A stretch of DNA of 51,179 bases from Chiloscyllium plagiosum (taxonomy: Eukaryota). A program made the position numbers and the translations under genes. The stretch is taken from assembly GCF_004010195.1 (NCBI RefSeq), contig NC_057711.1, positions 70,419,839-70,471,017 of the forward strand, read 5' to 3'. The notes beneath the pieces are model-generated. The model made no database searches. It was not told the DNA's origin and saw only the letters and a program-made list of their open reading frames with translations. Positions 21,451-32,912 of the stretch are shown here, in pieces (the stretch's first letter is position 1; the number at the start of each line of letters is the position of its first letter).

Positions 21451-21969
21451 ACCACAAGTAAAGCTTTGTCAAAACTATGAAGTGATGAAATTATGCTGAT
21501 GGTTCTTGGATCATCAGAAGTAAGTATTTATCGGGAAATGATAGCTTTTTTGTTTGTAGCAAGGTCAATTCAAAGTATAAGCTTGCCACCTTTGCGTTAC
21601 ACAATTATAGATTCAATATCCACAGAGAAAAAGCCAATTCACTGAATGATACTATCTGCTTCTAATATTTTTCAGCTCCTGACACACTTTCACATGGATT
21701 GCAAGTGGCAAGCGCCTCAGTTTTTCAAATCGGATAAAGTCGAAATGTTCATGCAAGGGGCAGGACAGCACTCCTTAATCTCCCCAAATCAAGCCAATAA
21801 GGCCGGTTAAAGCATGTGAAACCTGCATCCATCATGTATGTGTTTCAGTGAGGTCTTCAGGTTTGATTCCAAATCCATCAAAAACATTTACCCCCATAAT
21901 GCTTCTGCTTCTGATGAACCTTTCCAGGGTGTCATTGAGATTGTGATGTTCTCCAAAACCAGATAATTC

Positions 21970-22172
21970 AGTCACGGAGTCATTGATTCATACAGTAGGG
22001 AAACAGACCCATTGGTCCAACTTGTCCATGCTGACCAGACATCTCAATCTGTCATAGCATTTGGCCCATATCCCTCTAAACCATTCCTATTTACCTACCC
22101 ATCCAGGTGCCTTTTAAATGTTGTAATTGTACCAACTTCACCACTTCCTCTGGCAGCTTGTTCCATGCACAC
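21970..22172 (-). mobile_element. CR1 3' end
   Basis: Similar to 13914-14120 (TITTFKRHLD and 3' UTR). Confidence 0.8.
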
Positions 22173-23059
22173 AGAATCATAGCATGTTTGAAGAACATCC
22201 AGAACAGCAGAGAGAGGAAGTTGTGAAAAATAGTGATGATAGAGTTTGTCTCTTAAAATAGGTACTTTCATAGTAATTTCAATGAGAAGTGATACTGAGA
22301 TATCTGCCATGATCTTGTGTTTAAACCATTTGTGCTGGTAAACAAATGCCCCAATTCACTCTGAGCAAGAGTTAACCATTGGTCACAGAGTCAGAGTTAT
22401 AGAGAAACAGATCCTTCAGTCCAACTTGTCCATGTCGACCAGATGTCCGAACCAAATCTCATCCCATTTTCCAGCACTTGTCCCATATCCCTCCAAACCC
22501 TTCCTATTCATATATCCATCCAGATGCCTTTTTGATGCTGCATTTGTACCACCCTCAACCACTTCCTCTGGCAGCTCATTCCATACACGCACCACCCTCT
22601 GTGAAAACGTTGCCCCCCCAGGTCCCTTTCACATCTTTCCCCTCTCACCCTAAACCTATGCCCTCTAGTTCTGGCCTCCCTCACCCCAGGGAAAAGACTT
22701 TGCCTATTTATCCTATCCATGCCCCTCATGATTTTATAAACATCTATGAGGTCACCCCTCAGCCTCCGACGTTCCAGGGAAAATAGCCCCAGCCTATTCA
22801 GCCTCTCCCTATAGCTCAAATCCTCAAACCCTGGCAACATCCGTGTATATCTTTTCTGAACCCTTTCAAAGTTTCACAACATCCTTCCAGTAGGAAGGAG
22901 ACCAGAATTACATGCAATATTCCAAACATCCTGTACAGCCGCAACATGACCTCCCAACTCCTGTACTCAATGCTCTGACCAACAAAGGAAAGCATACCAA
23001 ACGCCTTCTTCACTATCCTATCAACCTGCGACTCCACTTTCAAGGAGCTATGGACCTGC

Positions 23060-23509
23060 NNNNNNNNNNNNNNNNNNNNNNNNNNNNNNNNNNNNNNNNN
23101 NNNNNNNNNNNNNNNNNNNNNNNNNNNNNNNNNNNNNNNNNNNNNNNNNNNNNNNNNNNNNNNNNNNNNNNNNNNNNNNNNNNNNNNNNNNNNNNNNNNN
23201 NNNNNNNNNNNNNNNNNNNNNNNNNNNNNNNNNNNNNNNNNNNNNNNNNNNNNNNNNNNNNNNNNNNNNNNNNNNNNNNNNNNNNNNNNNNNNNNNNNNN
23301 NNNNNNNNNNNNNNNNNNNNNNNNNNNNNNNNNNNNNNNNNNNNNNNNNNNNNNNNNNNNNNNNNNNNNNNNNNNNNNNNNNNNNNNNNNNNNNNNNNNN
23401 NNNNNNNNNNNNNNNNNNNNNNNNNNNNNNNNNNNNNNNNNNNNNNNNNNNNNNNNNNNNNNNNNNNNNNNNNNNNNNNNNNNNNNNNNNNNNNNNNNNN
23501 NNNNNNNNN
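23060..23509. other. Assembly gap (N run)
   Basis: Run of N ending at a family A element. Confidence 1.
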
Positions 23510-23566
23510 ATTCTCCTGTTCCCTGGATGCTGCCTGACCTGCTGCGCTTTTCCAGCAACACATTTC
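23510..23566 (+). mobile_element. Family A Penelope-type element, 5' part hidden in gap
   Basis: ATTCTCCTGTTCCCTGGATGCTGCCTGACCTGCTGCGCTTTTCCAGCAACACATTT is identical to the stretch starting at 24103. Confidence 0.8.
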
Positions 23567-24063
23567 CAGTGTATAAGTCCTGCCAAGATTTGCTTTTTCA
23601 AAATGCAGCACCTTGCATTTATCTGAATTAAACTCCATCTGTCACTCCTCAGCTCATTGATCCATCTGATCAAGAGCCCGTTGTAAGCTGACATAACTTT
23701 CTTCACTGTCCACTACACCTCCAATTTTAGTATCACCTGTAAATGTACTAACTACACCTCCTATGTTCACATCCAAATCATTTATGTAAAAATGACAAAA
23801 AATAGTGGACCCAACACCAATCCTTGTGGCACTCCACTGGTCATAGGCCTCCAATCTGAAAAGCTACCCTCCATCACCACCCTCTGTCTTCTACCTTTGA
23901 GCCAGTTCTGTATCCAAATAGCTAGTTCTCCCTGTATTCCATGAGATCTAATTTTGCTAACCAGTCTCCCATGGGGAACTTTGCGGAACACCTTGCTGAA
24001 GTCCATATAGATCACTTCTACCGCTCTGCCCTTTTCAATCCTCTTTGTTGCTTATTCAAATAA

Positions 24064-24195
24064 GAAGGGCTTCCTGAAGAAGGGCTTATGCCCGAAACGT
24101 CGATTCTCCTGTTCCCTGGATGCTGCCTGACCTGCTGCGCTTTTCCAGCAACACATTTTCAGCTCTGATCTCCAGCATCTGCAGACCTCACTTTC
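24064..24195 (+). mobile_element. Family A Penelope-type mini-element with intact hammerhead core (24074-24101)
   Basis: TTC-CTGAAGA-A-GGGC-TTAT-GCCC-GAA-ACGT-C-GA; ends CTCACTTTC; TSD TATTCAAATAA at 24053-24063 and 24196-24206. Confidence 0.9.
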
Positions 24196-24439
24196 TATTC
24201 AAATAACTCAATCAAGTTTGAGAGACATGATTTCCCATGCATTCTGACTATCCCTAATCAGTCCTTGCCATTCCAAATATATGTAAACCCTGTTCATCAG
24301 GATTCCCTCCAACAACTTGCCCACCAGTCTATAGTTCCCTGGCTTTTCCTTACCAACGTCCTTAAATAGGGGTTCCACGTTAACCAACCTCTAGTCTTCC
24401 AGCACCTCACCTGTGTCTACCAATGATACAAAGTGTTGA

Positions 24440-25400
24440 ACTGAGAGTCCTCTTCATTTTAGCCATGAATTACACCTTTTTTTCCCTTGAGTTAGTATGA
24501 TGGTATGAATCAATGGGCACTTCTGCAATTCAGGTACAGTTTTGACTGTGTCCAACTGTAATAGAGCATGTGTTAATAAGGTTGTTGAAGTCTCTTTTTT
24601 TTTATTAACCCTTACACTTGAGCTGGTTGGGCAGGTTTTGCCTGCAGTTGAAAGGTCAGGGATACATTTGTGGAATCTTTCTGAATTAAAACATAGACTG
24701 CCAAAGTTGTAACTTTTTCCATAGTTAATCATTATCTTCCATGAAGAGACATGATACATGCTTGAAATATTTTCAAATAATTTGTCACAAATTAATACAT
24801 TGATTAGTGTGCCAAATCTATATGTAGAGACCATTTGGTACCAGGCTGGCCCTTTTTGTTTATTGGGCTCACCATTTCCCCAGCATCTCTGGTGGAACAA
24901 ATATCATTTAATTGTGACGCTTTTCTTTGGCACAAACTATTTTTCATATGCACTTGCCTCCATAACAAACATAGATGTGTCTTCCATCCGCTGTTTCAAT
25001 AATAATTGCCCTTCTACTCGGATATTGCATGGCAATTGCTTTCTTATGGATGACTGCTCTCTTTGATGGTTTGCAGACATTGTGTCAAAATTAATGGATT
25101 TGAATAAGGGATGTACAGTAATGCAAACTGAGTAGACAGCTTTGCCTGTATGCTCAAGTTGTCTTGAATCTTTCTGTGCAAATGTTTGTTTTGAAAAAAC
25201 TCATTTCAAGTTTCCAAACTTTGAATAAGAAACAGTTATTTGAGCTGAGGCACATTTTAAAAGGCACAGGACATTTTGCAAAATCATGAGGAAGGTAATT
25301 GGAGAGCCAAAAATTAAGAAATTGGCCTTGATAGAAGAGTTGGGTCTTTGAGATTCTAGTAAAGTGATATGAGAGAAAATCTGCTACAACAGAGGATGAA
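24440..25400 (-). mobile_element. Old Gypsy-like gag zinc knuckle and protease relic
   Basis: HDFAKCPVPFKMCLS..F.KV (zinc-knuckle-like, ~25210-25290); FGTLINVLI..LF...INYG (protease-like, ~24715-24820). Highly decayed. Confidence 0.45.
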
Positions 25401-25827
25401 GCTATAACTGACACTGGTAGGATGAAGGACAGAGGATACATAAGGGGAAGGTTTTTAAAATATAAGCGTGAGCATCTGAAATATAGCACTCAGAGGGACT
25501 CAAAGCTGATTTAGACCAAAAATGCTGGTGACGATGAGGTAGAACAAACTGGGTGACAAGAATATGTTAGACAAGAAGATGCACTGAGTTAAGGGCAGAA
25601 ATGGTAGATGTGTCAGAGGTGACCACAGGCTTTCTTAGAGAGGATGTAGGATTGAAAGTTCAATTCATAGCCCACCAAGATACGCCGATTGTGAACTTGC
25701 TCAGATTGACCATATTCAGTAACATCCATGTTTAATCTTTACAGAGGATTTCTTGGTCCAAATTTCAGGGAATTTTAGAAATACTGCAACTTCATTAGTA
25801 TTTTAATACAGGGCTGTCAAATTACTT

Positions 25828-26175
25828 GGGGAGGTGATGACCTACTGGTATTGTCGCCAGACTGTTAATCTAGAGACCAAGTTAAGGTTCTAGGGACCCA
25901 GGTTTGAACCCAGCCACAGCAGAGGGTGGAATTTGAATTCAATAAATATATGGAATTTATAATCTAATGATGACCATGAATCCATTGTAAATTGTCATAA
26001 AATCTATCTGGTTCACTAATGTTCTTGAGGGAAGGAAATTTCCATCCTTAGCTGGTCTGGCCTACTTGTGACTCCAGGTGCATGGCAATGTGGTTGACTC
26101 TTAACTGCCCTATGGGCAATGAATGCTGGCCTAAGCTAGTGATACCCTCATCCTGTGAATGAAATTTTTTAAAAA
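25828..26175 (+). mobile_element. SacSINE1-like tRNA-derived SINE
   Basis: A-box-like TGACCTACTGG, B-box-like GGTTTGAACCC, central ATCTGGTTCACTAATG..GGAAGGAAA, LINE-like tail ending GTGAATGAA plus A run. Confidence 0.75.
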
Positions 26176-26279
26176 AATTAAAGAAAAAAATGGCCAGAAT
26201 TCACCATCACTATTCCTCAAAAATGGACAACAATCGCTGGACCCAGTACATATCCAGTAATTCAGTCCTTTACCTTGAT

Positions 26280-26620
26280 TTTAATTCATTTATGGGATAT
26301 GGGTGCCTCTGACAAGGCCAGCACTTAATGCCCATCCCCAATTGTCCAGAGGGAAGATAAGAATCAGCCACATTGCTGTGGATCTGGAGTCATGTTTAGG
26401 CCAGACCGTGTAAAGATGACAGTTCCTTTCCCCAAAAAGCAATCGTGACCTAGATGGGTTTTCCCAGGAATCAAAATCAGTTTCACAATCATCATTAGAC
26501 TCCTAACCCACCTTTTTTTATTGGATTCAAATTCCACCATGACAGGACTGTGAACCCAGGTCCCAGGATAATTACCTGGATCTCTGGATTAAAAAAGTTT
26601 ACCACTCAACCATCACTTTG
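26280..26620 (-). mobile_element. SacSINE1-like SINE, opposite orientation
   Basis: Reverse-complement homology to 25828-26175 (TCTGGAGTCA..TAGGCCAGACC; TTCAAATTCCACCAT). Confidence 0.72.
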
Positions 26621-28304
26621 CCCTATTGAAATCGTCCCACATAAACATTCAATTAGAACTCATTGAACTGCTGAGGACTGGCTAATAATAATATTGATCT
26701 CATTATAAAAGCATTTCACAAAGTGATAATTATTCAATGTGGTGTATTTGGTCTGTTCTGAGAGGCTGCTAACCAGCCTTACTGTCCACCAAAAGATAAT
26801 TTTATATTTGTTAAATATTAAATCTCTACATTAGGATTTTAAAAATCTACATTTTTAAAATAATGTTTTAAAAGCTTGTTTCCAATATTTCAGGTAACAT
26901 TTAATCTCCTTTGTGTATATTTCATTTATTTCACCCTCTGCAAAATATATTCTAAACAGAAAGGTAGTTGTGCATTTTACTCCTGCTTTGTAATCTGTGA
27001 GAAGACCTGTGTGGTTGTAAACTCATATCTTCTTTAATTAGCACCAGATTCAAACTAAAAATCAGTAAAATAGGAATTTGCATCATAGAGTGTGTTTAAT
27101 GTTTATTGGCAGTTTCCTGTGAGATCATCAGCAAAAGCCATCTGACTACGAAACCTGATCCAGTAGTATTTTAATAATTACTGATAATCTTCAAACAGGA
27201 AACAAATTACGAGATAACATTTCCAGTATCAAATTAATGATGAGATATTTAACTTGAATATGGCATGTCCACAGAGAACTTTAAAAAAATTAGGCTATTT
27301 TTTGCACCATAATTGTCCTTTGAATTAACTTCATACATTAATCAGTTCAACAAATGCCATATTAATGATTAACTGCATTCAGCAGCGTTCTTTTATAATT
27401 AATTTCATACTTTAACATATATTGCATGTACAATTTCGCAGAAGCTAAATGCTTTGTTAACAATGTGATAAACATAGGAAAGGCTGAGGGTTCATTTGCA
27501 TTAAAAAATTGAATTGTTTTATTTTTACTGGAAAAATTTATATTTGGAACTTGTGTACCAGTTCCTGGAATAATGTACATAAATACCTTCTAATACTATT
27601 ATCGGTTCAACTTAAGTACATCATAAAGAGAAGCAGTGAGGTATCAGATTCTGAACATCGGATTTTTTTCATTTATGTGGTGAAATTGAGCTCTTAATAT
27701 TCAAACAGTATCATTTTTCAATGCTTGGAGTGCTAGTCCAGCAGTTTATCCATAATGCAAATTAATGTTTAAAATCTGTGTTGAGTTTTTGCTCCTTTGG
27801 GTGTTCAATTCTCATTGTGCAGCTGAGAGTTTAGGTGGATAACCTGATTCCCCATTTTCTCTTAATTCTTTTAATATAATCACCCACTAGGAGGCACACA
27901 GCAACTGCTCTGGCACAATTTTCTCTTGACATACTCTGCAGCAATATTGCATTTGTACTCCATATTGCTTCCAGTAGCATTCCGAAATGTTTTGTTTTGC
28001 TGCCTTTCACTGATTATTTTACTTCTTGACATATTAGTAGGAATTCTCCAAAATCCATCGCAATTTCAGGTGATAATGTTTGTTTTATGAATGAGGATTA
28101 CCTCCACCCCACTTCCATCAGAAGTGTTAACAGATTTTCCTGTACACCCCACAGTTTCTGGTGCTTTCCAGAATTGCCACATGGAAGGTACAAGTAGATT
28201 TTAGTGAATGACATTATATATCAAGGAGAAGCAGAGGCTTTCAATCATCAATGGGAAGTTTTGACTGCACACATCTTTGGAGGTTTCATCAACAGAGGAC
28301 CTTC

Positions 28305-29092
28305 ATTCCCTCATGAAGTCAGGAGTAGGAATGTTCGCTGATGATTGCACAATGTTCAGCACCATTCACGATTTCTCAGATTCTGGAGCAATTCACGTCC
28401 AAACACAGCAAGACCTGGACAATATCCAGGCTTGGGCTTACAAGTAATATTCACACAACACAAATGACATGGAATGACCATCTCCAATAACAAGACATTT
28501 GAACTATTGCCCCTTGACATCAAAGGCATTACCATCCACTCTCCCACTATCACTATCCTGTGGGATACCATTGACCAAAGCCCGAACTGGACTAGCCATA
28601 TAACTACAATAGATACAGCCCAGAGGCTAGAAGTACTGCAGTGAGTAACTCTCTTCCTGACTCTGTCCACAATCTACAAGACAAGTCAGAAGTGTGGTGG
28701 AATGCATCCCAGTTGCCTGAATGGGTGCAGCTCCAAGCAGCTAACTTGGTTGGCACCACATCTGCAAACTGCCACTCTCTTCACGCATTTAGTAGCAGCA
28801 GTACATATCACCTACAAGAAGCACAGAGGAAATCAAGGTTCATTAGACAACACTTTCCAAATCTGCAATCACTACCATCTAGAATGACAAGGGCAGCAGA
28901 TACATGGGAGTGCCACCAGCTGAAAGTTCCCCTTCAAACCACTCACCATCCTGACATGGAAATATATCATCGTTACTTCAACATCACTGGGTCAAAATCC
29001 TGGAATTTCCTAACCTAACTGTATTTTGATTCTAGCTACAGTACATGGATTGTTGCAATTCAAGAGGCAATTCAGTCATTTCTCAAGGACAA
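28305..29092 (+). mobile_element. CR1/L2-group LINE 3' part (tail shared with SacSINE1-like SINE)
   Basis: MFADDCTMF..QQDLDNIQAW; ITGSKSWN; tail ATAAAT..CCAGC..CATC.TGAAT resembles SINE tail. Confidence 0.8.
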
Positions 29093-29543
29093 TTATAATG
29101 GACAATAAATTCAACCCCAGCCAGCAAAGCTCATCTGTGAATTTTTAAAAAAATCTCATTAAATTTTCTGGTGCTGCAAAATTGTTCCTGATTCAGCACA
29201 TGGAAGTTTCTTTATTGGCAGTGGTGAGGTCCTCGAGACTGGAATTTCACCAGGAGCCTATCATGCTGCCAATGTAGAAAAATTGATACGTGCTCGAGTG
29301 GGCTCAGTGGAGCAAGTGGAAGGAATAGCATTCAATCCATCTTGTGCAAAAACCAGGAATTAAAGCAATAATATTGGGCATATTAAAAGCCTAACTGGAT
29401 CTGGTGTAAAGAAAGTTAAAAGTCTTTGTTCAGGTTGCTGAAGAGTGGGATTTCCTTCATGAGAATCATTTATTTAAACCATGAAGAGAAAGAGTCACTC
29501 AGGAATACCTTAAAGAAGCAGGAATCATTTAGTTGCAAACAAT

Positions 29544-30223
29544 AGTACTTTTACCTAAGCTCTGGATCACTTTGGTATCCAGTAGCTTCCATATTCTGAG
29601 CTGCATCATATCACCCAACCTTCTATCATTTTAAAAGTTATTAATTAATCACTCTGATATCCCCATTCTTAACACTTCATTATAATTGTTTATGCATCTT
29701 ATATCTAACAAAGTTGCAAACGATAGGACACCTACAGTGAAGCCACAAAAAAAAACAAACAAGAATCCTCATTTTCGATGTAAAACAGACAAAACCTGTT
29801 ATTACTGCAAAATACAAGTTTGTTTTTAAGCAAGCAAAAAAAAAATCATATTTGGAAGCTATAGTATCAGAAACAATACAGCCAGGAAGGTGTAATTTCA
29901 GAGATAGGCCAAAGAGAACACAACATTTTATATCTCTGGGAAAATAGTTTCCAAGCTCGATAATAAATCAAAAGCTGATCAGATCGGGAGCAAAGTCATT
30001 TTGCTCCTCCTCCACAAGCTTCAGCTCCTCAACTCAGATATAAAGTTGCTTGAGCTTGAAATAAGTACTTTTACCTAAGCTCTGGATCACTTTGGTGTCC
30101 AGTAGCTTCCATATTCTGAGCTGCATCATATCACCCAACCTTCTATCATTTTAAAAGTTATTAATTAATCACTCTGATATCCCCACTTCATTATAATTGT
30201 TTATACATCTTATATCTAACAAA
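29544..30223 (+). repeat. Local direct duplication of ~165 bp (29544-29712 and 30064-30223)
   Basis: Near-identical copies 520 bp apart; two substitutions and one 9-bp indel by eye. Confidence 0.95.
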
Positions 30224-30526
30224 TAATTTGTAAGAAAAAAGATGAACTGAAGACCTTACTTTTACTCAAAAGTCCAGAAATACTCATCAATCCTACTCAT
30301 TAATTAACTGCTTTGCTTAGCAAAACCAACTAAACACCCTTCTGCTGCTTAATACACTTGATTCAAGCACCCTATTGTAACTTACACTCATGCTAAGTCA
30401 CACTAAATTGGCGACTTATATATACTGCACAAAGGGTTAGGGGTCAGTTAATGATGATCCAGTTTCGACTGGTTCATAATTATACTGCTCCACTAATGAA
30501 ATCCAACAAAATAAACCTGTTCAAAT

Positions 30527-30915
30527 ATAGGGTGTAGGTTTGCTCACTGACCTATAGGTTTGATATCCAGACATTTCATTACCTGGCTAGGAAACATCAT
30601 CAGTGGCAACCTCCAAGTGAAGCAAAGCTGTTGTCTCCTGCTTTCTATTTACCTTTCTCCTGGATGGGGTTCCTGGGGTTTGTGGTGATGTCATTTCCTG
30701 TTCATTTTCTGAGGGGAAACAAACGGGAAATGACATCACCACAAACCCCAGAAACCCCATCCAGAAGAAAGATGTAAATAGAAAGCAGGAGACAACAGCT
30801 TCGCTTCACTTGGTGGTCGCCACTGATGATATTATCTAGCCAGGTAATGAAACGTCTGGATATCAAACTTATACCCTAAATCTCAACCTGAGCTACAAAC
30901 CTTCATAAACCTTGC
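30527..30915. mobile_element. Non-coding Penelope-like inverted insertion, family C, two hammerhead cores
   Basis: ~30555-30703 is the reverse complement of ~30722-30872; plus-strand core CCA-CTGATGA-T-ATTA(TCTAGCCAGG)TAAT-GAA-ACGT-C-TGG at 30820-30859; TSD ACCTGTTCAAAT at 30515-30526 and 30916-30927. Confidence 0.88.
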
Positions 30916-31760
30916 ACCTGTTCAAATCCTGCAATGACTGAATCTAAACTCCAGATTTCACTTGTAGGCCAACCTAGAAAAAGCTAAGTTAGGTGAAATT
31001 AAGTTTGTAAAAATTAATGACTTTGATTTTTTCTTACCAAACAAATTATGCCCTCAATCGAAGTTATTAAGAATTGGCTGTTTATTTATAATATTTATTA
31101 AATAGACAGGAAAGATATATAGCCAATGACCATGAAGGTGGGTCACTGATCCCAGAGGATTAATAGATGGCTGCATAGAGAACGTTGATGTCAGTCGCTG
31201 TGATGGCAGCATCCTGCTCAATTGCCTAATGGCTAAAGAAACTTCTTCCATCTTCCTTGGTTTATTTTCTATCTGAAGGAGGCAGCTGTTCGTCCTCCAG
31301 CTTAAAGTCACCTTTTTAGTTTATGTCATGCTGAGGGTCATCTCCTGGTCCCTGTCTTGAACAAATAAAGGACACAAGGCACCATCTTACAAACTTGTCA
31401 ATGGCAGCATGGAAACTGGAAACAAGCGATCTTGATGTTTTCAGAGACTTCTTATATATTTCCAGAAAAAAAAATAAAACAGTTTCTTTGTGAGGTGATT
31501 ATATGCTATGCCTATCAAATTTCATTTGTATTTCTATATTTAGTCTCAAATGTATACTTGATTAAAGACTCAATTTCTTACAGTGATCACTTTATGAACA
31601 TCCCCACTCACATCACAAGTGCTTTACCATTTACATTTTTGTTCCGTTTCCACCTTTTTTTTTGTCTTCAGCCTCCTGCAGTGTTCCAATGAATCAGAGT
31701 GAAAACTCAGAGATCAGCACCTTACTTTTCAACGAGTGACTTTGCAACTTTTGAGACTTT

Positions 31761-31898
31761 TCAGGAAGATTCCTGAAGAAGGGCTTATGCCCGAAATGTC
31801 GATTCTCCTGTTCCTTTGATGCTGCCTGACCTGCTGCACTTTTCCGGCAACACATTTTTAAGTGCTGATCTCCAGCATCTGCAGTCCTCACTTTCTCC
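31761..31898 (+). mobile_element. Family A mini-element (core 31773-31800, ACGT decayed to ATGT)
   Basis: TCAGGAA-GA-TTCCTGAAGAAGGGCTTATGCCCGAAATGTC...CTCACTTTCTCC; tiny inverted 5' arm. Confidence 0.85.
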
Positions 31899-32035
31899 AA
31901 GATGGATCTAAAACTGGCTTCATGGTAGGAAACAGACAGTGGTGTTAGAAAACCATGTGAATGGAGGCCATTGTACGGTGGCTTACCACAAGGATCAGTG
32001 CTGGATCCCTTATTGTTCATGACATGTATAAATCA

Positions 32036-32349
32036 TTAGATTAGATTTCCTACAGTATGAAAACAGGTCATTTGGCCCAACCGGTCCACACCAACCCTCC
32101 AAAGAGTAACCCACCCAGACCATTTCCCACTGACTAATTCACCTAACACAATGGGCAATTTACATGGCCAATCCACCTGACTTGCACATTTTTGGATTGT
32201 GGGAGGAAACCAGAGCACCCGGAGGAAACCCACGCAGACACGGGGAGAATGTGCAAACTCCTCACAGACAGTTGCCCGAGGCTTGAATCGAACCCAGGCC
32301 CCTAGCACTGTGAGGCAGCAGTGCTAACCACTGAGCCACTGTGCTGCCC
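32036..32349 (-). mobile_element. HE1-like V-SINE
   Basis: Reverse complement of the 8217-8530 type, with A box TGGCTCAGTGG and V-domain. Confidence 0.9.
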
Positions 32350-32714
32350 GTGATATAGATGAAAATATTGGGGGGGGGGGGCATTAATGAACAACATTCC
32401 CTCTAAACTGTGTAGCTGCTCTGATGTTCTGTACATTGCAACCAGCATTGACACACTGGAAGTCTTTGGATACACAGCCAATAAGAATATTGAAAGGAAC
32501 ACAATGATAAGAAAGTTTGCTAATGACACAAAAGTTAGCTGGGAACTTCGTAATGAGGTCTTAGGTTACAGAAGGATATGGACAGGTTGATCATTTTTGC
32601 AGATCAGTGGCAGATGGAATTTAACCCTGAAGACTGTGAGGTGATGTACTTTGGAAGAAGACAAAAAGGGAGTACATTGATTCATTAAGGCAGCTGGACA
32701 AGTTAATAAGGTAG

Positions 32715-32912
32715 ACGCAAGTGAGTACTGCAGATGCTAGAGATCAGAGTCAAGGTTAGTGGTACTGGAAAAGCACAGCAAGTCAGGCAACATCCAAGGA
32801 GCAGGAAAATCGACATTTTGGGCAAAAGCCCTTCATCAGGAATGATTCCTGATTAAGGGCTTTTGCCCGAAAAGTCGATTTTCCTGCTCCTCAGATGCTG
32901 CCTGACCTGAGA
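32715..32912. mobile_element. Head-to-head family A palindrome
   Basis: CTTCATCAGGAAT-G-ATTCCTGATTAAG centre at 32844; TSD TTAATAAGGTAG at 32703-32714 and 32913-32924. Confidence 0.88.

Larger units (their letters stand above)
20681..22380 (-). mobile_element. Fragmented old Gypsy pol (protease, RT N-terminus, possible integrase piece)
   Basis: Protease-like VSLLIEITMKVPIL..LYHHYFSQLPL (~22200-22310); RT-like LPLAIHVKVCQELK...RKGGKL..IDL...FPDKY (~21460-21720); interleaved with CR1 tails. Confidence 0.55.
22385..24432 (-). mobile_element. CR1 (HER1-like) LINE RT to 3' end
   Basis: YMDFSKVFRKVPH, GVPQGLVLGPL, GDTKIGG, ERRRLRGDLI; closely similar to 13914-15360; spans a gap and two family A inserts. 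Confidence 0.92.

Noticed and set aside
22816..23706. ORFs of 170-300 aa spanning N runs (also 12091-12707)
   Set aside because: Artefacts of translating through assembly gaps.
31054..31311. Possible minus-strand exon or Myb/SANT-like transposon relic (IENKPRKMEEVSLAIR)
   Set aside because: No recognisable homology and poor donor site; cannot be supported.
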